Source: a virus
Taxonomy: Duplodnaviria; Caudoviricetes
DNA length: 46,163 nt
Direction: 5' to 3' (one strand)
Virus record (IMG/VR): IMGVR_UViG_3300017716_001567
Span: 1 to 46,163 of that record
This document shows positions 25,327-35,763 of the stretch, one piece after another. The notes below the pieces were generated by a model, which was given only the letters and a program-made list of their open reading frames with translations, was not told where the DNA came from and did no database searches. The first letter of the stretch is position 1. Each line of letters starts with the position of its first letter. A program made the position numbers and the translations under genes.

Positions 25327-26967
25327 ATGGATAAGGATATAGACCTCCCAGGACAATCTAAAGCCATCGTGGAGCTCCCAGCGGATCTTCGGGAGGATAT
25401 GCGGCAGCGTGGACTGGGAGATCTGTATTACTTCGACAAGGCGGTGCTAGGGTATTCGGATATGACTGTCGGCGCGCATGGACATCTGTGTACGTTCGTG
25501 CAGATGAATCCCAAGCGGTTCAAGCGGATGCTCATGCCGCGAGATCATCTCAAGACATCTGTGATTACTATTGGTGGTAATCTGCAGATGGCGGTGAAGA
25601 ATCCGAATCACCGGATCTTGATTGGTAACGAGTCCGCGACAAACAGTGAGCGTATGCTCCGTGGTATCAGGCAGCACTGTGAGTCTAACCGGATGTTTCG
25701 AGCACTGTATGGGCATGTGATTCCTAAGGACACTCGGAAGGTCCGGTGGAATGACAGTGAGTTAGACTTCGTACGGCAGGACATCTTCCCCGAGCCGACG
25801 TTCGATACTATCGGTATGACGGGTAGTGTTACATCACGACACTACAGCCACATGTGCTTCGACGATCCGATTTCGGAAGAAGCTGTGAAGTCGGAGAAGG
25901 TGATGTACGATGTTATCAACCGTATGAAGGCGATCACATCGCTGCTCACCGATGCGACGAAGGATACTGTTTGGCTGGTTGGGACCAGGTGGGCACTGTT
26001 CGATGTGTACAGTTGGTTCGACTCGAGCTTCCCACCTGAGTGGTTGGGGAAGTTCAGCCGGAGTGTTATCACTCCCACGGGTGATCCGATCTGGTTGGAG
26101 CGCTTCCCACTTGACCTGATCGCGCTGAAGCGCAAGATCATGGGGGAGTATAAGTTCTCCTGCCTCATGATGAACAACCCTCGCAATGCCGAGAAGCAGA
26201 TCCTCCCAGTGGATCAGATTCGGTACTGGGAGTTCGGTGATGCGAAGCAGGAACAGATCGTGTTGTATGATCTCGAGAATCTGCCAGTGCAGATCATCGC
26301 AACGCATAAGTTAGACATCACGATCTGTGTTGATCCTGCGCCGGCGGAGAAGATCACGAGTGACTTCAACGCGATCACTGTACTCGGTATGACGCCGGAA
26401 GGTCAGGCGATTGTGCTGGAGGCAATCCTTACCCGATGCGATCCGCTCGCACTGATCGACTTGTTGTTTGATCTGCAGAAGCGCTGGAGACCTCGAGTGG
26501 TTGGTATCGAGTCTGTGGCGTATCAGAAGATGCTTAAGTACTTCGTGAAGAATGAGAGTACTAAGCGTAACGAGTACATCAACGTGGTGGATCTCAAAGG
26601 ATCCACGGTTGGAAAGTCGAAGGACTATCGGATTAAGGGACTCCAACCCATGATTGCAACTGGGCGGTTGTTCTTGCATAAGACGCAACAGTCGCTAATC
26701 CAGCAACTGTCCGAGTACCCGCTGGGCGAGCATGACGATGGGCCGGACTCGCTCTCCATGCACGCGGAGATTGCGACTTGGTGGTACTCGAATGAGCGCG
26801 TGGAGCAGTTGAAGGCAGCGGAAAGGGCGATGGCGAAGGAGATGACTAAGCAGACGAAGTACCTGTCATCCCCATTCGCTAAGACTCGTGATGAGGAAGA
26901 TGAGCAAGAAGATCTCTGGTTCGGTAACTCATTTCACAACGTGGAAGAGGTAACTCTCGATGGGTAA
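25327..26967 (+). CDS. terL: Terminase large subunit
   Basis: MPRDHLKTS Walker A, CFDDP Walker B, VGTRW, ICVDPA and HDDGPD nuclease motifs. Confidence 0.92.
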   Translation: MDKDIDLPGQSKAIVELPADLREDMRQRGLGDLYYFDKAVLGYSDMTVGAHGHLCTFVQMNPKRFKRMLMPRDHLKTSVITIGGNLQMAVKNPNHRILIGNESATNSERMLRGIRQHCESNRMFRALYGHVIPKDTRKVRWNDSELDFVRQDIFPEPTFDTIGMTGSVTSRHYSHMCFDDPISEEAVKSEKVMYDVINRMKAITSLLTDATKDTVWLVGTRWALFDVYSWFDSSFPPEWLGKFSRSVITPTGDPIWLERFPLDLIALKRKIMGEYKFSCLMMNNPRNAEKQILPVDQIRYWEFGDAKQEQIVLYDLENLPVQIIATHKLDITICVDPAPAEKITSDFNAITVLGMTPEGQAIVLEAILTRCDPLALIDLLFDLQKRWRPRVVGIESVAYQKMLKYFVKNESTKRNEYINVVDLKGSTVGKSKDYRIKGLQPMIATGRLFLHKTQQSLIQQLSEYPLGEHDDGPDSLSMHAEIATWWYSNERVEQLKAAERAMAKEMTKQTKYLSSPFAKTRDEEDEQEDLWFGNSFHNVEEVTLDG

Positions 26968-27472
26968 GCAGTGGACGGAGCACTTCAACGAAGTTGAGTT
27001 CACGGTATCACGCTCGCATCCGGACCTAGTTGTTCGGATTCCATCGAAGTACCAAGACTCCATGAAGCGCGTGGCGGTGGAACTGTTCGAGCCGATCCGA
27101 TCTGAACTCGGACGGACAATCAAGATTCTCAGCGGTTACCGTTCGCCAGAGCTCAATGCCGCCGTAGGCGGTAGTCGCACTTCCCAGCATGTACTCGGCC
27201 AGTGCGCGGATGGGACAGCGGTTGAGCTTCGTGAGGTGATCTACCTCATCATCGACATGGTGCAGGATGGGAAGCTTGATACAGCGGGACAGATTATCTA
27301 CTACCCCGATCAAGCGTTCTTCCATATCGCCCTAGCGAGTCGGCGTTATCCGAAGCCTACGCTCTGTATTAAGTGGCCGGCGCAGGACTACAACTACACC
27401 CCGTGTCTCATGACGCGAGAAGCATTTGACGAGATGGTGCCTCCTCACCTCGATCCGAACTACGACCTATGA
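26960..27472 (+). CDS. Peptidase M15A endolysin
   Basis: SGYRSPELNAAVGGSRTSQHVLGQCAD...FHI. Confidence 0.88.
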   Translation: MGKQWTEHFNEVEFTVSRSHPDLVVRIPSKYQDSMKRVAVELFEPIRSELGRTIKILSGYRSPELNAAVGGSRTSQHVLGQCADGTAVELREVIYLIIDMVQDGKLDTAGQIIYYPDQAFFHIALASRRYPKPTLCIKWPAQDYNYTPCLMTREAFDEMVPPHLDPNYDL

Positions 27473-29499
27473 CCATCCCGTTTGATATGCAGGACATGAA
27501 TCCTGCGCCGCCCTTCATGGAGGAATCCATTGAGGACATGGGGCGGGTAGCTGCGGCAAAGCAGGAGGAGTTCAAGAATCCGAAGGCGATCATGCGGATG
27601 TCTACGGATACACGGAAGGAACTCAGTGTGTGGCTCAGCGATCAGCTCACCCAGCTCACCGATGAATACGAGGGTAAGCGTGAGGAGTGGGCTCGCTACG
27701 AGCACGCATACAAGGCGTATCCGGAAGTCGCGAAGTCGATTCCCTTCATTGGGGCTAGCACGGATAACATCCCGCTGATCGCGAGTATGGTTGATCCAGT
27801 ACACGCGCGACTTGAGACTGGCATCTTCCGTCAGTCACCTCCCTTCACCATGACTGCTCTCCGCAAGTCCATGATGAAGTACGAGAAGCCCTTGCAGAAG
27901 TTTGTCAACTTCTACATGAAGAACATCATCGACGCGAGGAAGGTAGCGAGTCCTAGGTTGCTGGAACTTGCAAAGCTGGGCACCGCAGTGTTCTACATTG
28001 ATTACCGTATTGACAAGAAACCCCGCATGTCTTATATTGGAGGTAAGGCGGAAACCGAAATGGTGACGAACTTCCAAGGCCCTGTGCTAGAGGGAGTTGA
28101 TCTAGGGGACTTCTTGTTCCCTGCATTGTACCAAGATGTGCAAGCTTGTCCGTTGGTAGCACGTCGCATCCGTACGACTATTCCGCATCTGAATAGCATG
28201 GCCCGTAGCGGGTGGCTGGTGAATGTGGATAAGGTCACTGGCTTCGGTGGGCGTGAGCGTACTACAGTTGAGGAAGCACTTGAGGACACCCAGGGTCTCG
28301 CGTCGATTCAATCTAACGAATCTGTGGAGATCGTGATCTATGAGGTGTTCTTCCGGTACGATGTAGGAGATGGGGTGGAGCAGATGATGCGTGCAGTGGT
28401 TCACATGCAAACCTCAGATGGCCATGAGGGATCACCGCTGACAATTCTACAGCTCCGCCCTAATGATGCCTGGCACGGGAAGTACCCGTTTGTGTTGATG
28501 AACTACACCATCAACAACAATAGTTTGCTAGGCACGGGGTTGTGTGAGATGGTGTATCCCTTCCAAGAGTCCGTGAAGCGGTATCACCAACTCGCACAGG
28601 ATAACGCCTTCATCGCGAACGCGAAGATGTTTATCGCTAAGCGTGGGATTCCTGGACTGGAAGGCGATATTAAGGTGTATGCAGGGCGGACGATCTACAC
28701 TGATAATCCAGGTGCTGATCTGATCCCGCTCAGTATGGGTGACATCTACCCAAGTACGCTTACCGAGAGGCAGAATCTCCTCGGGCTCGCGGAGAAGCGT
28801 ACAGGCGTTTCCGACTACATGGTTGGTCGTGAGTCACCGATTGTAGGAAGCCGAGCCACTGCGACTAGTACCCTCGCGCTGATTCAGGAAGGCACCAAGC
28901 GCGTTGAGCAAGTAATGGAAAACATCCGAGTGGGCTGGAACGAAATCCACGAGATGTTCTTTCACCTATGGGCTCAACACGGAACATGGGATCTGAACGA
29001 GATTCAGTTTGGGGATGAGGAAGATGTGCGACTAGTGGAGGAATTCTTCACTACCGTCGCCCCGAAGGCTCGCCTCACAGGTGCGTTCTCGATTAACATC
29101 GGCGTGACTGACGCCACCACGAACAAGCAAGTGCAGCAACAGATGCAACTTGCCCTCATCAACGTGATTCAGGGCTACTTGAAGCAGTTGCTTGAGATGG
29201 GTCAGCTTGTAATCCAGACCCAGGGAATCCCACAGTTCGTCGGACTCGTAAAGGAGGTGATCGAATCTTCCACCGCGATGTATCGTGATCTGCTGAGCAA
29301 GTACGACATCCCTAATTCAGAGGAATACCTTCCAGATGTACTCGACCTCCTCGCATCCGTGGGTGCCCCAGGGGCTGAGCAAGGGGGAACTGGAGGAACT
29401 CCACCAGGAGTTAAGCCAGATACTGGACTCTCCGGCATGGACGATCTTCTTGCGATGGTTAGAGGATCAACTGGCCAACCACCACAGGGTGTTGCTTGA
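27469..29499 (+). CDS. Portal protein
   Basis: 676 aa; YPFV...GTGL, EKRTGVSDY..G..TAT motifs; position after TerL. Confidence 0.85.
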   Translation: MTIPFDMQDMNPAPPFMEESIEDMGRVAAAKQEEFKNPKAIMRMSTDTRKELSVWLSDQLTQLTDEYEGKREEWARYEHAYKAYPEVAKSIPFIGASTDNIPLIASMVDPVHARLETGIFRQSPPFTMTALRKSMMKYEKPLQKFVNFYMKNIIDARKVASPRLLELAKLGTAVFYIDYRIDKKPRMSYIGGKAETEMVTNFQGPVLEGVDLGDFLFPALYQDVQACPLVARRIRTTIPHLNSMARSGWLVNVDKVTGFGGRERTTVEEALEDTQGLASIQSNESVEIVIYEVFFRYDVGDGVEQMMRAVVHMQTSDGHEGSPLTILQLRPNDAWHGKYPFVLMNYTINNNSLLGTGLCEMVYPFQESVKRYHQLAQDNAFIANAKMFIAKRGIPGLEGDIKVYAGRTIYTDNPGADLIPLSMGDIYPSTLTERQNLLGLAEKRTGVSDYMVGRESPIVGSRATATSTLALIQEGTKRVEQVMENIRVGWNEIHEMFFHLWAQHGTWDLNEIQFGDEEDVRLVEEFFTTVAPKARLTGAFSINIGVTDATTNKQVQQQMQLALINVIQGYLKQLLEMGQLVIQTQGIPQFVGLVKEVIESSTAMYRDLLSKYDIPNSEEYLPDVLDLLASVGAPGAEQGGTGGTPPGVKPDTGLSGMDDLLAMVRGSTGQPPQGVA

Positions 29500-29626
29500 T
29501 TCTGGTACCGCAATCGAGCAAATTCGCATCGCGCAAGGCGCATATAACGCGATAAAGCTGGTGCAAAGCGCACCAAGGACCATGCAGACAACACTTCTCG
29601 CACTGAGAGCTAACACAGATGAATGA
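29336..29626 (+). CDS. Small helical protein overlapping the portal 3' end
   Basis: ILDSPAW...IRIAQG pattern typical of post-portal genes; start uncertain. Confidence 0.55.
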   Translation: MYSTSSHPWVPQGLSKGELEELHQELSQILDSPAWTIFLRWLEDQLANHHRVLLDSGTAIEQIRIAQGAYNAIKLVQSAPRTMQTTLLALRANTDE

Positions 29627-30392
29627 CAGGCACCCGTTCGATGATGGCGTACTGCTTGAAGATCTGGATAAGGAGTTCCCAGATGAAACAACAGTCGTCA
29701 AGCCGGCTAGTATGGACCCTTCCACCATGCGTTTGGAAGGCGATAACATCCCAGAGGACCTCCGTGGCAAGTCGGTAGAGTCACTTCTCACCGATCGCGC
29801 TCGGATGGAATCCCTCATGAAGGAACTTGGGAGCAATCTTAACCGTCCTGCTCCCGCGCCAGTTGCCCCGATCGAGCCCGATCCTGTGTATGATCGGAAT
29901 GCTATCAAGGAACTGCTCGAGAACGGCAACGTGATGGAAGCAATGGAAGCGATGATGGGCTTCGCGTACAAGCGAGTGTCCAAAGACTTCGAGACTCGCA
30001 TCGCTCCGCTGGTTAGCACGACGACAAGTGTAGCGGAAAGCTCGATGCGGGCAAAGTATCCGGCTGAGTTTGAGTTGTTCGGTCCGCAGATTGCTGAACT
30101 CGCACGAAACGCGGGACAGGCTATGAGTAACCCCGAAGCGTGGGACAACCTGATCGCGTTTGTGAGAGGTCGGGGGGATAACTTCGACAAGCTGGTGGAA
30201 CATAAGGCACGGAAGCGCAGCACTCCGAGTGAGATTCCACCGAGTATCTCCAGCGGTGCACTTCGTGGATCCTCGGTGAGCAACCGTGAAGGTGTGAAGG
30301 CGACAAAGGAAGAGTTGGCTAACGATCCCGCAGTCCAGAAGATGCTTCGCGCTTCTGGTATGTCTATCGACGAATACTACAGGTGGTTCTAA
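29619..30392 (+). CDS. Scaffolding protein
   Basis: Acidic/helical; C-terminal GMSIDEY; lies between portal and capsid. Confidence 0.7.
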   Translation: MNDRHPFDDGVLLEDLDKEFPDETTVVKPASMDPSTMRLEGDNIPEDLRGKSVESLLTDRARMESLMKELGSNLNRPAPAPVAPIEPDPVYDRNAIKELLENGNVMEAMEAMMGFAYKRVSKDFETRIAPLVSTTTSVAESSMRAKYPAEFELFGPQIAELARNAGQAMSNPEAWDNLIAFVRGRGDNFDKLVEHKARKRSTPSEIPPSISSGALRGSSVSNREGVKATKEELANDPAVQKMLRASGMSIDEYYRWF

Positions 30393-30393
30393 C

Positions 30394-30957
30394 ATGGGAA
30401 AGTACGCAGACAGTCTGATTCCTGGCAGCACGGAATCAATCGACATCAGTGAGCCTACCGCGAATGACCGTGCGGCTAGCTCGAACACCGTGGAACCTGC
30501 CACGCATGTGAATCGTAGCGCTGAAAAGCGTGGATACACTGTGCAACAGCAGCGTGCGCTTGATCGACTCGAAGGGAAACTTGAGGGTGGTGCGATTTCG
30601 CTCACCCCCAAGGAGCGTTTGCTCGATGCGGAAGAAGCTAAGAAGCTGAATCCCGATTCTCACGTTCGGTGGCTCTCCCTCCGGAACACTGAGAAGTTGG
30701 ACAGCCGTAAAGAGGAAGGGTATGTCAAGCTAGCTGAGGAAGACGGTGGACGCCAGCTAGGCGACAGCATGGCCCTCTTCGCAATTCCACGACAGCTTCG
30801 CGATGCACGCGTGAAGCGTCAGGAAGAAAGCACTCGTGCCAGAATGGGATCGGTGAAGGAACTGTACGGGGAAGTTGGTGCACGCCTCGCACATGAACTG
30901 AAGCGCTCTCACGGTTTGTCGGACTCGGAAGTCCGGCGTCTAATCATCAACGAGTGA
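30394..30957 (+). CDS. Head-module hypothetical protein
   Basis: HVRWL...EEGY motif, position. Confidence 0.65.
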   Translation: MGKYADSLIPGSTESIDISEPTANDRAASSNTVEPATHVNRSAEKRGYTVQQQRALDRLEGKLEGGAISLTPKERLLDAEEAKKLNPDSHVRWLSLRNTEKLDSRKEEGYVKLAEEDGGRQLGDSMALFAIPRQLRDARVKRQEESTRARMGSVKELYGEVGARLAHELKRSHGLSDSEVRRLIINE

Positions 30958-30964
30958 GGCAGAG

Positions 30965-31432
30965 ATGGCAACGAGCTTCCCTATCACCTTTTCGGTAGGT
31001 GATAACCACCCGTTCGTGCGGAACTATCCGGTGTACTCCGGAGAGACGTTCAGCGCGGGTGATCTGGTGTACTACGATACGTCGGGTGTGCGGCTGTGTG
31101 GCGCTGACCCTTCGTTGATCCTCGGAATCGCGATGACTGGTAGCGCGGACGCTTCGGCGTTGCTTCCCAGTGCGCAGATTCCCGTGGCGATTCTCACTCC
31201 GGACATTGTTTGCATCATGTCCAGCGCGACGACGCCTGCACTGGCTAATCTCTTCACCGCATACGGCTTGGTTCGCACCAGTGCCGGACTGTGGCGGATT
31301 GACACGAGCGATACCTCCAACACGCGAATCAGTGTTGTCGATTACTCTCCGCACACTGGTGTGTTCGGACAGGAAGCCTGGATGGTTAAGTTCACGGCTG
31401 CTAACCTTCAGGGCGACGCTGTCGCTAGCTAA
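30965..31432 (+). CDS. Capsid decoration/cement protein
   Basis: FSAGDLVY..ILGIA beta-rich protein directly before the MCP. Confidence 0.65.
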   Translation: MATSFPITFSVGDNHPFVRNYPVYSGETFSAGDLVYYDTSGVRLCGADPSLILGIAMTGSADASALLPSAQIPVAILTPDIVCIMSSATTPALANLFTAYGLVRTSAGLWRIDTSDTSNTRISVVDYSPHTGVFGQEAWMVKFTAANLQGDAVAS

Positions 31433-31444
31433 GGAGAATAGATC

Positions 31445-32344
31445 ATGACGATGTTCCGTGGTGGGTTTGCGAAGACGATTTCCCCACTCTATCGCAAGGT
31501 GCTGTTCAACACCTTCAAAGAGCGGGCGTTGGAAGGCAACATGCTGGTCAACATGAACACGGCACCTAACCGTGCGTATGTTGATGACTTCCAGGTTGCT
31601 GGTTTCGGTACCCTGACCGAGAAGGCTGAAGGTGGCCCGTTCGCAATTCAGGATGCCAAGGAAGGCGGGACGAAGCGTTACAACTGGACCACGTATGGTC
31701 TGGGCTTCCGCGTGACGGAAGAGATGTGGGAAGACGATCTGTACTCGCTGTTCGGAAGCAAGATGACCGCTGCACTGGGTCGCTCGGTTCGGAACAACTT
31801 TGAGCTCGTCGCTCACAGCCCGTTCAACAACGCCTTCAACACGTCGTACAGTGGCTTCGTGTCGGGTGAGTCGCTTTGCGGCACTCACACCACGATCCGA
31901 GGCGGTACCCTCACCAACACGCCGACGACGCAGGCAGACTTCGATCTGCTTACGCTCCAGGCTGCGTTGGAGCACTTCCACTCGCTCACTGATGAGAGCG
32001 GCCTCCCTGTGGTGTACATCCCCAAGAAGGTCATCCACTCCATCGGTGATTACTGGACGGTGAATCAGATCCTCAAGACTGATAAGCTGCCTGGTACGAA
32101 CCAGAACGACATCAACCAGTTGGCGAAGGAAGGCCTCACGCCGCACCTCTCGCACTACCTGGACGATCCTGATGCGTGGTTCGTGCAGTGCGACATGCAC
32201 GATGTGAACTACTACGATCGAGTCAAGCCGACTTTCCGTAGTGGTGATGACTTGAACACGGGTGATGCTGTGTTCATGGTTCGTCGTCGTAACGGAGCGG
32301 GTTATGGCGAGTGGCGTGGCGTGTACGGCTCGAGCGGAGCGTAA
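31445..32344 (+). CDS. Major capsid protein
   Basis: AAGGAG RBS; EKAEG, YGLGFRVTEEMWEDDLY, YLDDPDAWF, GYGEWRGVYGSSGA. Confidence 0.88.
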   Translation: MTMFRGGFAKTISPLYRKVLFNTFKERALEGNMLVNMNTAPNRAYVDDFQVAGFGTLTEKAEGGPFAIQDAKEGGTKRYNWTTYGLGFRVTEEMWEDDLYSLFGSKMTAALGRSVRNNFELVAHSPFNNAFNTSYSGFVSGESLCGTHTTIRGGTLTNTPTTQADFDLLTLQAALEHFHSLTDESGLPVVYIPKKVIHSIGDYWTVNQILKTDKLPGTNQNDINQLAKEGLTPHLSHYLDDPDAWFVQCDMHDVNYYDRVKPTFRSGDDLNTGDAVFMVRRRNGAGYGEWRGVYGSSGA

Positions 32345-32346
32345 CC

Positions 32347-33036
32347 ATGCCCCTTCCTACGAGCGCGCTTGGGGGCCGTATTCAGGCCCCCTTGCGTGTG
32401 AGTGGTATCAAGGCACAGACTCGTTTGCTGAGCCCCACGCCTGTTGCTACTCTCACGCTATCGGATACGTTTACAGATGTCGCGGCAGGCAGCACGACGG
32501 CGATGTTGAGCACCGGAGTGGCTGGTCCTAACACGACGACTAGTACGGTACTCGCTGCTTCATTCGACGGAGCGATTGGCGTTACTGGTGTTATCCCAGT
32601 GGGTCGGAACGTGGTGGTTACTGTGACGCACGGTAGTTCCGTGGTTGCGGTAAGCGGTACGATCACTGGGACGGATAAGTACGGTCGGGTGATTACGGAA
32701 GCATGGAGTGTCACCGCGACTGGTACGACGAAGACTTTCACTGGTGCAAAGGCGTTCAAGTCTGTCGTGAGCATTTCGATCACTGCAGCGGCGGATGCTA
32801 GTGCGAACACGGTGAAGCTGGGTACCGGCAACTTGCTGGGTCTCAGCTACCCTGCTGCGGCTCCGAAGATCATTGCGGAGACTCAGGACGGTGCGGCTCC
32901 GACTGCTGGTGCGCTTGTTGCGGCATCCAGCTCGGCAAGTGCAGATCGTCGTGGAACCTACGCACCAAACGCAACTCCAGATGGATCGAAGGATTTCGTG
33001 GTATGGTACCTTGTGGATGACGCCACAGGGATTTAA
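32347..33036 (+). CDS. Virion structural protein
   Basis: TITGTDKYGRVITE..GAKAFKSVVSI motif. Confidence 0.7.
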   Translation: MPLPTSALGGRIQAPLRVSGIKAQTRLLSPTPVATLTLSDTFTDVAAGSTTAMLSTGVAGPNTTTSTVLAASFDGAIGVTGVIPVGRNVVVTVTHGSSVVAVSGTITGTDKYGRVITEAWSVTATGTTKTFTGAKAFKSVVSISITAAADASANTVKLGTGNLLGLSYPAAAPKIIAETQDGAAPTAGALVAASSSASADRRGTYAPNATPDGSKDFVVWYLVDDATGI

Positions 33037-33068
33037 CCACCACAGGCGTACAAAAAAGGACACCTGAC

Positions 33069-33332
33069 ATGGGACGTCGTCTTGCTATGGTCGCTGCGGA
33101 AGGTAACTATACCTCTCCGTGGATTCTCGCGATGGGGCGGGAACTTGAAGTACACGTAACGGGAAGCGGTACGATTGTCATGGAGCTGGAGAGTCGAGAT
33201 GGCACCGTGAGATTGCAGTCACTACTAGACGGCTCTAGTAAGCTGGATGACATGAAGGCTGTTAAACGCTATCGTGTGCTCAAGACGGCCGTAGCAAGCG
33301 ACACCCCAACTACTGTGGAGGTTATCTACTGA
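33069..33332 (+). CDS. Hypothetical structural protein
   Basis: ORF in late operon. Confidence 0.6.
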   Translation: MGRRLAMVAAEGNYTSPWILAMGRELEVHVTGSGTIVMELESRDGTVRLQSLLDGSSKLDDMKAVKRYRVLKTAVASDTPTTVEVIY

Positions 33333-33670
33333 TGGCAAGATCACTGGTGGTACTCGGGACGCTAACAGTGGCCAGTTCGGGCACGACTAGCGGGTGGTTG
33401 AATAGTAAGCTCGGATTCGGTCGTGCTACGGACATCGTGATCTACGGACCGGCTGCGGCGACTGGTACGTTCGGGGTGGAGGTTAGTTGGCTCGATGCGC
33501 CTGGTGCATCGGACTACGGGGCACTCAAGATTGACGGTACTCAGGTCACCGTTGGTGCGTTGGATGCTGCGGTGTGTCCGAGTTCTTCATTCAAGTCGCT
33601 TCGTGTTAAGAGTTCCGCGAGCGAAGGTGCTGAACGGACGCTTATCGTCATGGGACAACTGGAGGTGTAG
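33332..33670 (+). CDS. Hypothetical beta-rich structural protein
   Basis: GGAGG RBS, coupled. Confidence 0.65.
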   Translation: MARSLVVLGTLTVASSGTTSGWLNSKLGFGRATDIVIYGPAAATGTFGVEVSWLDAPGASDYGALKIDGTQVTVGALDAAVCPSSSFKSLRVKSSASEGAERTLIVMGQLEV

Positions 33671-33671
33671 C

Positions 33672-33875
33672 ATGGATAAAAAGATCCTATCAACACTTAC
33701 AGGAGGTACTCTTGGCGCAGCTGGTATTGTCGGATTGGCTCTAAATGCCGGATTCACGACTAACCAGCTGTTTGTTATTTTCATCGTAGCACTTGTGCTT
33801 ACAGCTTTCGGTGCGCCGTTGGGAGAGTTGTTCAAGGATAAAGCTAAGTCGGAATCCCCTACTGACGAGAAGTAG
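33672..33875 (+). CDS. Two-TM holin-like protein
   Basis: Two hydrophobic segments and a charged C-tail; CTGGAGGT RBS. Confidence 0.6.
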   Translation: MDKKILSTLTGGTLGAAGIVGLALNAGFTTNQLFVIFIVALVLTAFGAPLGELFKDKAKSESPTDEK

Positions 33876-33877
33876 TC

Positions 33878-34564
33878 ATGGCAACAACTACGCTTGATCT
33901 TAAGACAAGGCTTAGGGCTAGAATTGGTAGTCCTAGCCTTGTTGCGTTACCGGATGCGAGTGCCATCGCATATGTGAATAGGGGATACCAACACACGTTG
34001 GATCACTTTATTCACCCAGTTACTCGCGCTGAGTACACGCTTAATACCGTTAGTGGAACTGCCACGTATACGGTTCCTCGGGCGTATCGGGCACTCATGC
34101 GCTTGTGGAATAAAGACTACGGAACGAAGATTGCCAAGGTTACTCACACGCGGTTGTTTGAGTTCCGAGATGGTGACAACCGCACAGCGACTGGGAAGCC
34201 CAAGTGGTACTACAAGAATGGAACTGAGCTTCGTCTTATGCCCACCCCAGACGCGGCATACGAGTTGATTGCGCTGTGTAAGGTTAAGCTAGATGATCTT
34301 ACGCTTGACGCAGATGAAATCCAGATCGACGACTGGGATGACATCATCCTGTCCCGTGCAGTGTATGCGTACTATCTGGACATCGGAGATGAACCGAAGG
34401 CTAAGTGGAGCCTCGCGGTTTGGCAGGAATCAGTTGGAAGCAAGCCTTCACAACTGGAAGAAGAACAAGTGGACCAGGAGATTCCGAATAGTGCGGTTGA
34501 TTACTACCGGAGTCCATCGGGTAACTATCGCCGGCGCATGACTACTGATCCCTGGGGGGCTTGA
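33878..34564 (+). CDS. Head-tail adaptor
   Basis: GTATYTVP..TGKPKWY..LRLMPTPDAAY. Confidence 0.75.
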   Translation: MATTTLDLKTRLRARIGSPSLVALPDASAIAYVNRGYQHTLDHFIHPVTRAEYTLNTVSGTATYTVPRAYRALMRLWNKDYGTKIAKVTHTRLFEFRDGDNRTATGKPKWYYKNGTELRLMPTPDAAYELIALCKVKLDDLTLDADEIQIDDWDDIILSRAVYAYYLDIGDEPKAKWSLAVWQESVGSKPSQLEEEQVDQEIPNSAVDYYRSPSGNYRRRMTTDPWGA

Positions 34565-35091
34565 TGGCATACACTAGAGTTTGGAGTGAAACTCGCCCAC
34601 TCGGGACACAGCGAGTTAAAGAGTTGGATGATGAGATTCGGTATCTGCGGGTGGACATCAGCGAGCGTCTTGTTACGCTCCTCGGTGTCACGATGTCGGC
34701 AGATCCACTTCTCGTCACGAAGGTTGGTGCGGCTGTAACGTTCAATGGGACTGGGTATCAGGCTAACCAGCCGATGACAGATCTGGGGAACATCAGTGGG
34801 ACAGTTGCACTAGACTTCGATGTCCGTGGTAACTACATCAAGTGCGTGTTGACAGGTAACACTACGTTCACTGTTAGCAACATGCGAGTTGGCACCACGT
34901 ATGTACTGTACATCGTACAAGATGCTACCGGTGGTCGGACTGTTACATGGCCAGCTGGACTTCGTCCGCCTGGAGGCACAGCACCTACCCTCAACACAAC
35001 GGCCAATCGTGCAAATCTTCTCACGATTACTCCATACACTACAAGCATTGCTGCGTTGGTTCTTGCGGGGACTAACATCAATGTTTCCTAA
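34564..35091 (+). CDS. Tail fibre-related protein
   Basis: IVQDATGGRTVTWP motif. Confidence 0.7.
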   Translation: MAYTRVWSETRPLGTQRVKELDDEIRYLRVDISERLVTLLGVTMSADPLLVTKVGAAVTFNGTGYQANQPMTDLGNISGTVALDFDVRGNYIKCVLTGNTTFTVSNMRVGTTYVLYIVQDATGGRTVTWPAGLRPPGGTAPTLNTTANRANLLTITPYTTSIAALVLAGTNINVS

Positions 35092-35755
35092 GCCCATCGG
35101 GAACAACCGTAGCGCGCCAGGTACTTATAATGGCGGGAGCTACGGTACGTCGTATGAGAGCTACACTGGTACGACTGTTGTAAACTCTACGCTTGCAATC
35201 AACAACCAGGATGCTAGCGATGTGGAGGAGTTTGAGTACTGGAACGGATCAGCGTGGGTAAGTATCGCATCGTTCGGTGCTTACATCGCGTTGGGGTACT
35301 TCGTGGGGACAAAGATTCGTTCTCGTATCGTGAATGCGTACTTCGGTAGCGCCACTGCATATGTGGAAGGTACTACAAGTGGTCATGAGGATACCGGTGG
35401 TTCTGGTTCGATCTCACTTGTCGCCCCAACTGTGCCGTTCAAGCCTGCATACATCAGCCCAGGCTTCGTGCGGGTGGAGTATACTGTCGACACCACCATG
35501 ACAAGTGCGCGTAACTTGTATGGTGCGACTGTCTTCGTCAACGCATCGTATGTAGGTGTGGATGCTCTCCAGCACCAGGTCAACGTTACGTTGCCTTGGC
35601 CGGCTAGCACTGCTACCCAGCTGGTTGACATCGCCACGCCAGATGCTGCTGATCCTGCTACTACCGCTAATCCGATCTGGTTCTCTCAGGTTGTCCAGAC
35701 TGCCTCGTGGGTGGATAGTGGACCCACTGCAAGTGTTACCACCACGACTCCGTGA
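35081..35755 (+). CDS. Tail-associated hypothetical protein
   Basis: T/S/Y-rich ORF within the tail module. Confidence 0.55.
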   Translation: MFPKPIGNNRSAPGTYNGGSYGTSYESYTGTTVVNSTLAINNQDASDVEEFEYWNGSAWVSIASFGAYIALGYFVGTKIRSRIVNAYFGSATAYVEGTTSGHEDTGGSGSISLVAPTVPFKPAYISPGFVRVEYTVDTTMTSARNLYGATVFVNASYVGVDALQHQVNVTLPWPASTATQLVDIATPDAADPATTANPIWFSQVVQTASWVDSGPTASVTTTTP

Positions 35756-35763
35756 GGTAATCC

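Noticed and set aside
30947-32200. 417-aa minus-strand ORF
   Set aside because: Antisense shadow of the capsid genes
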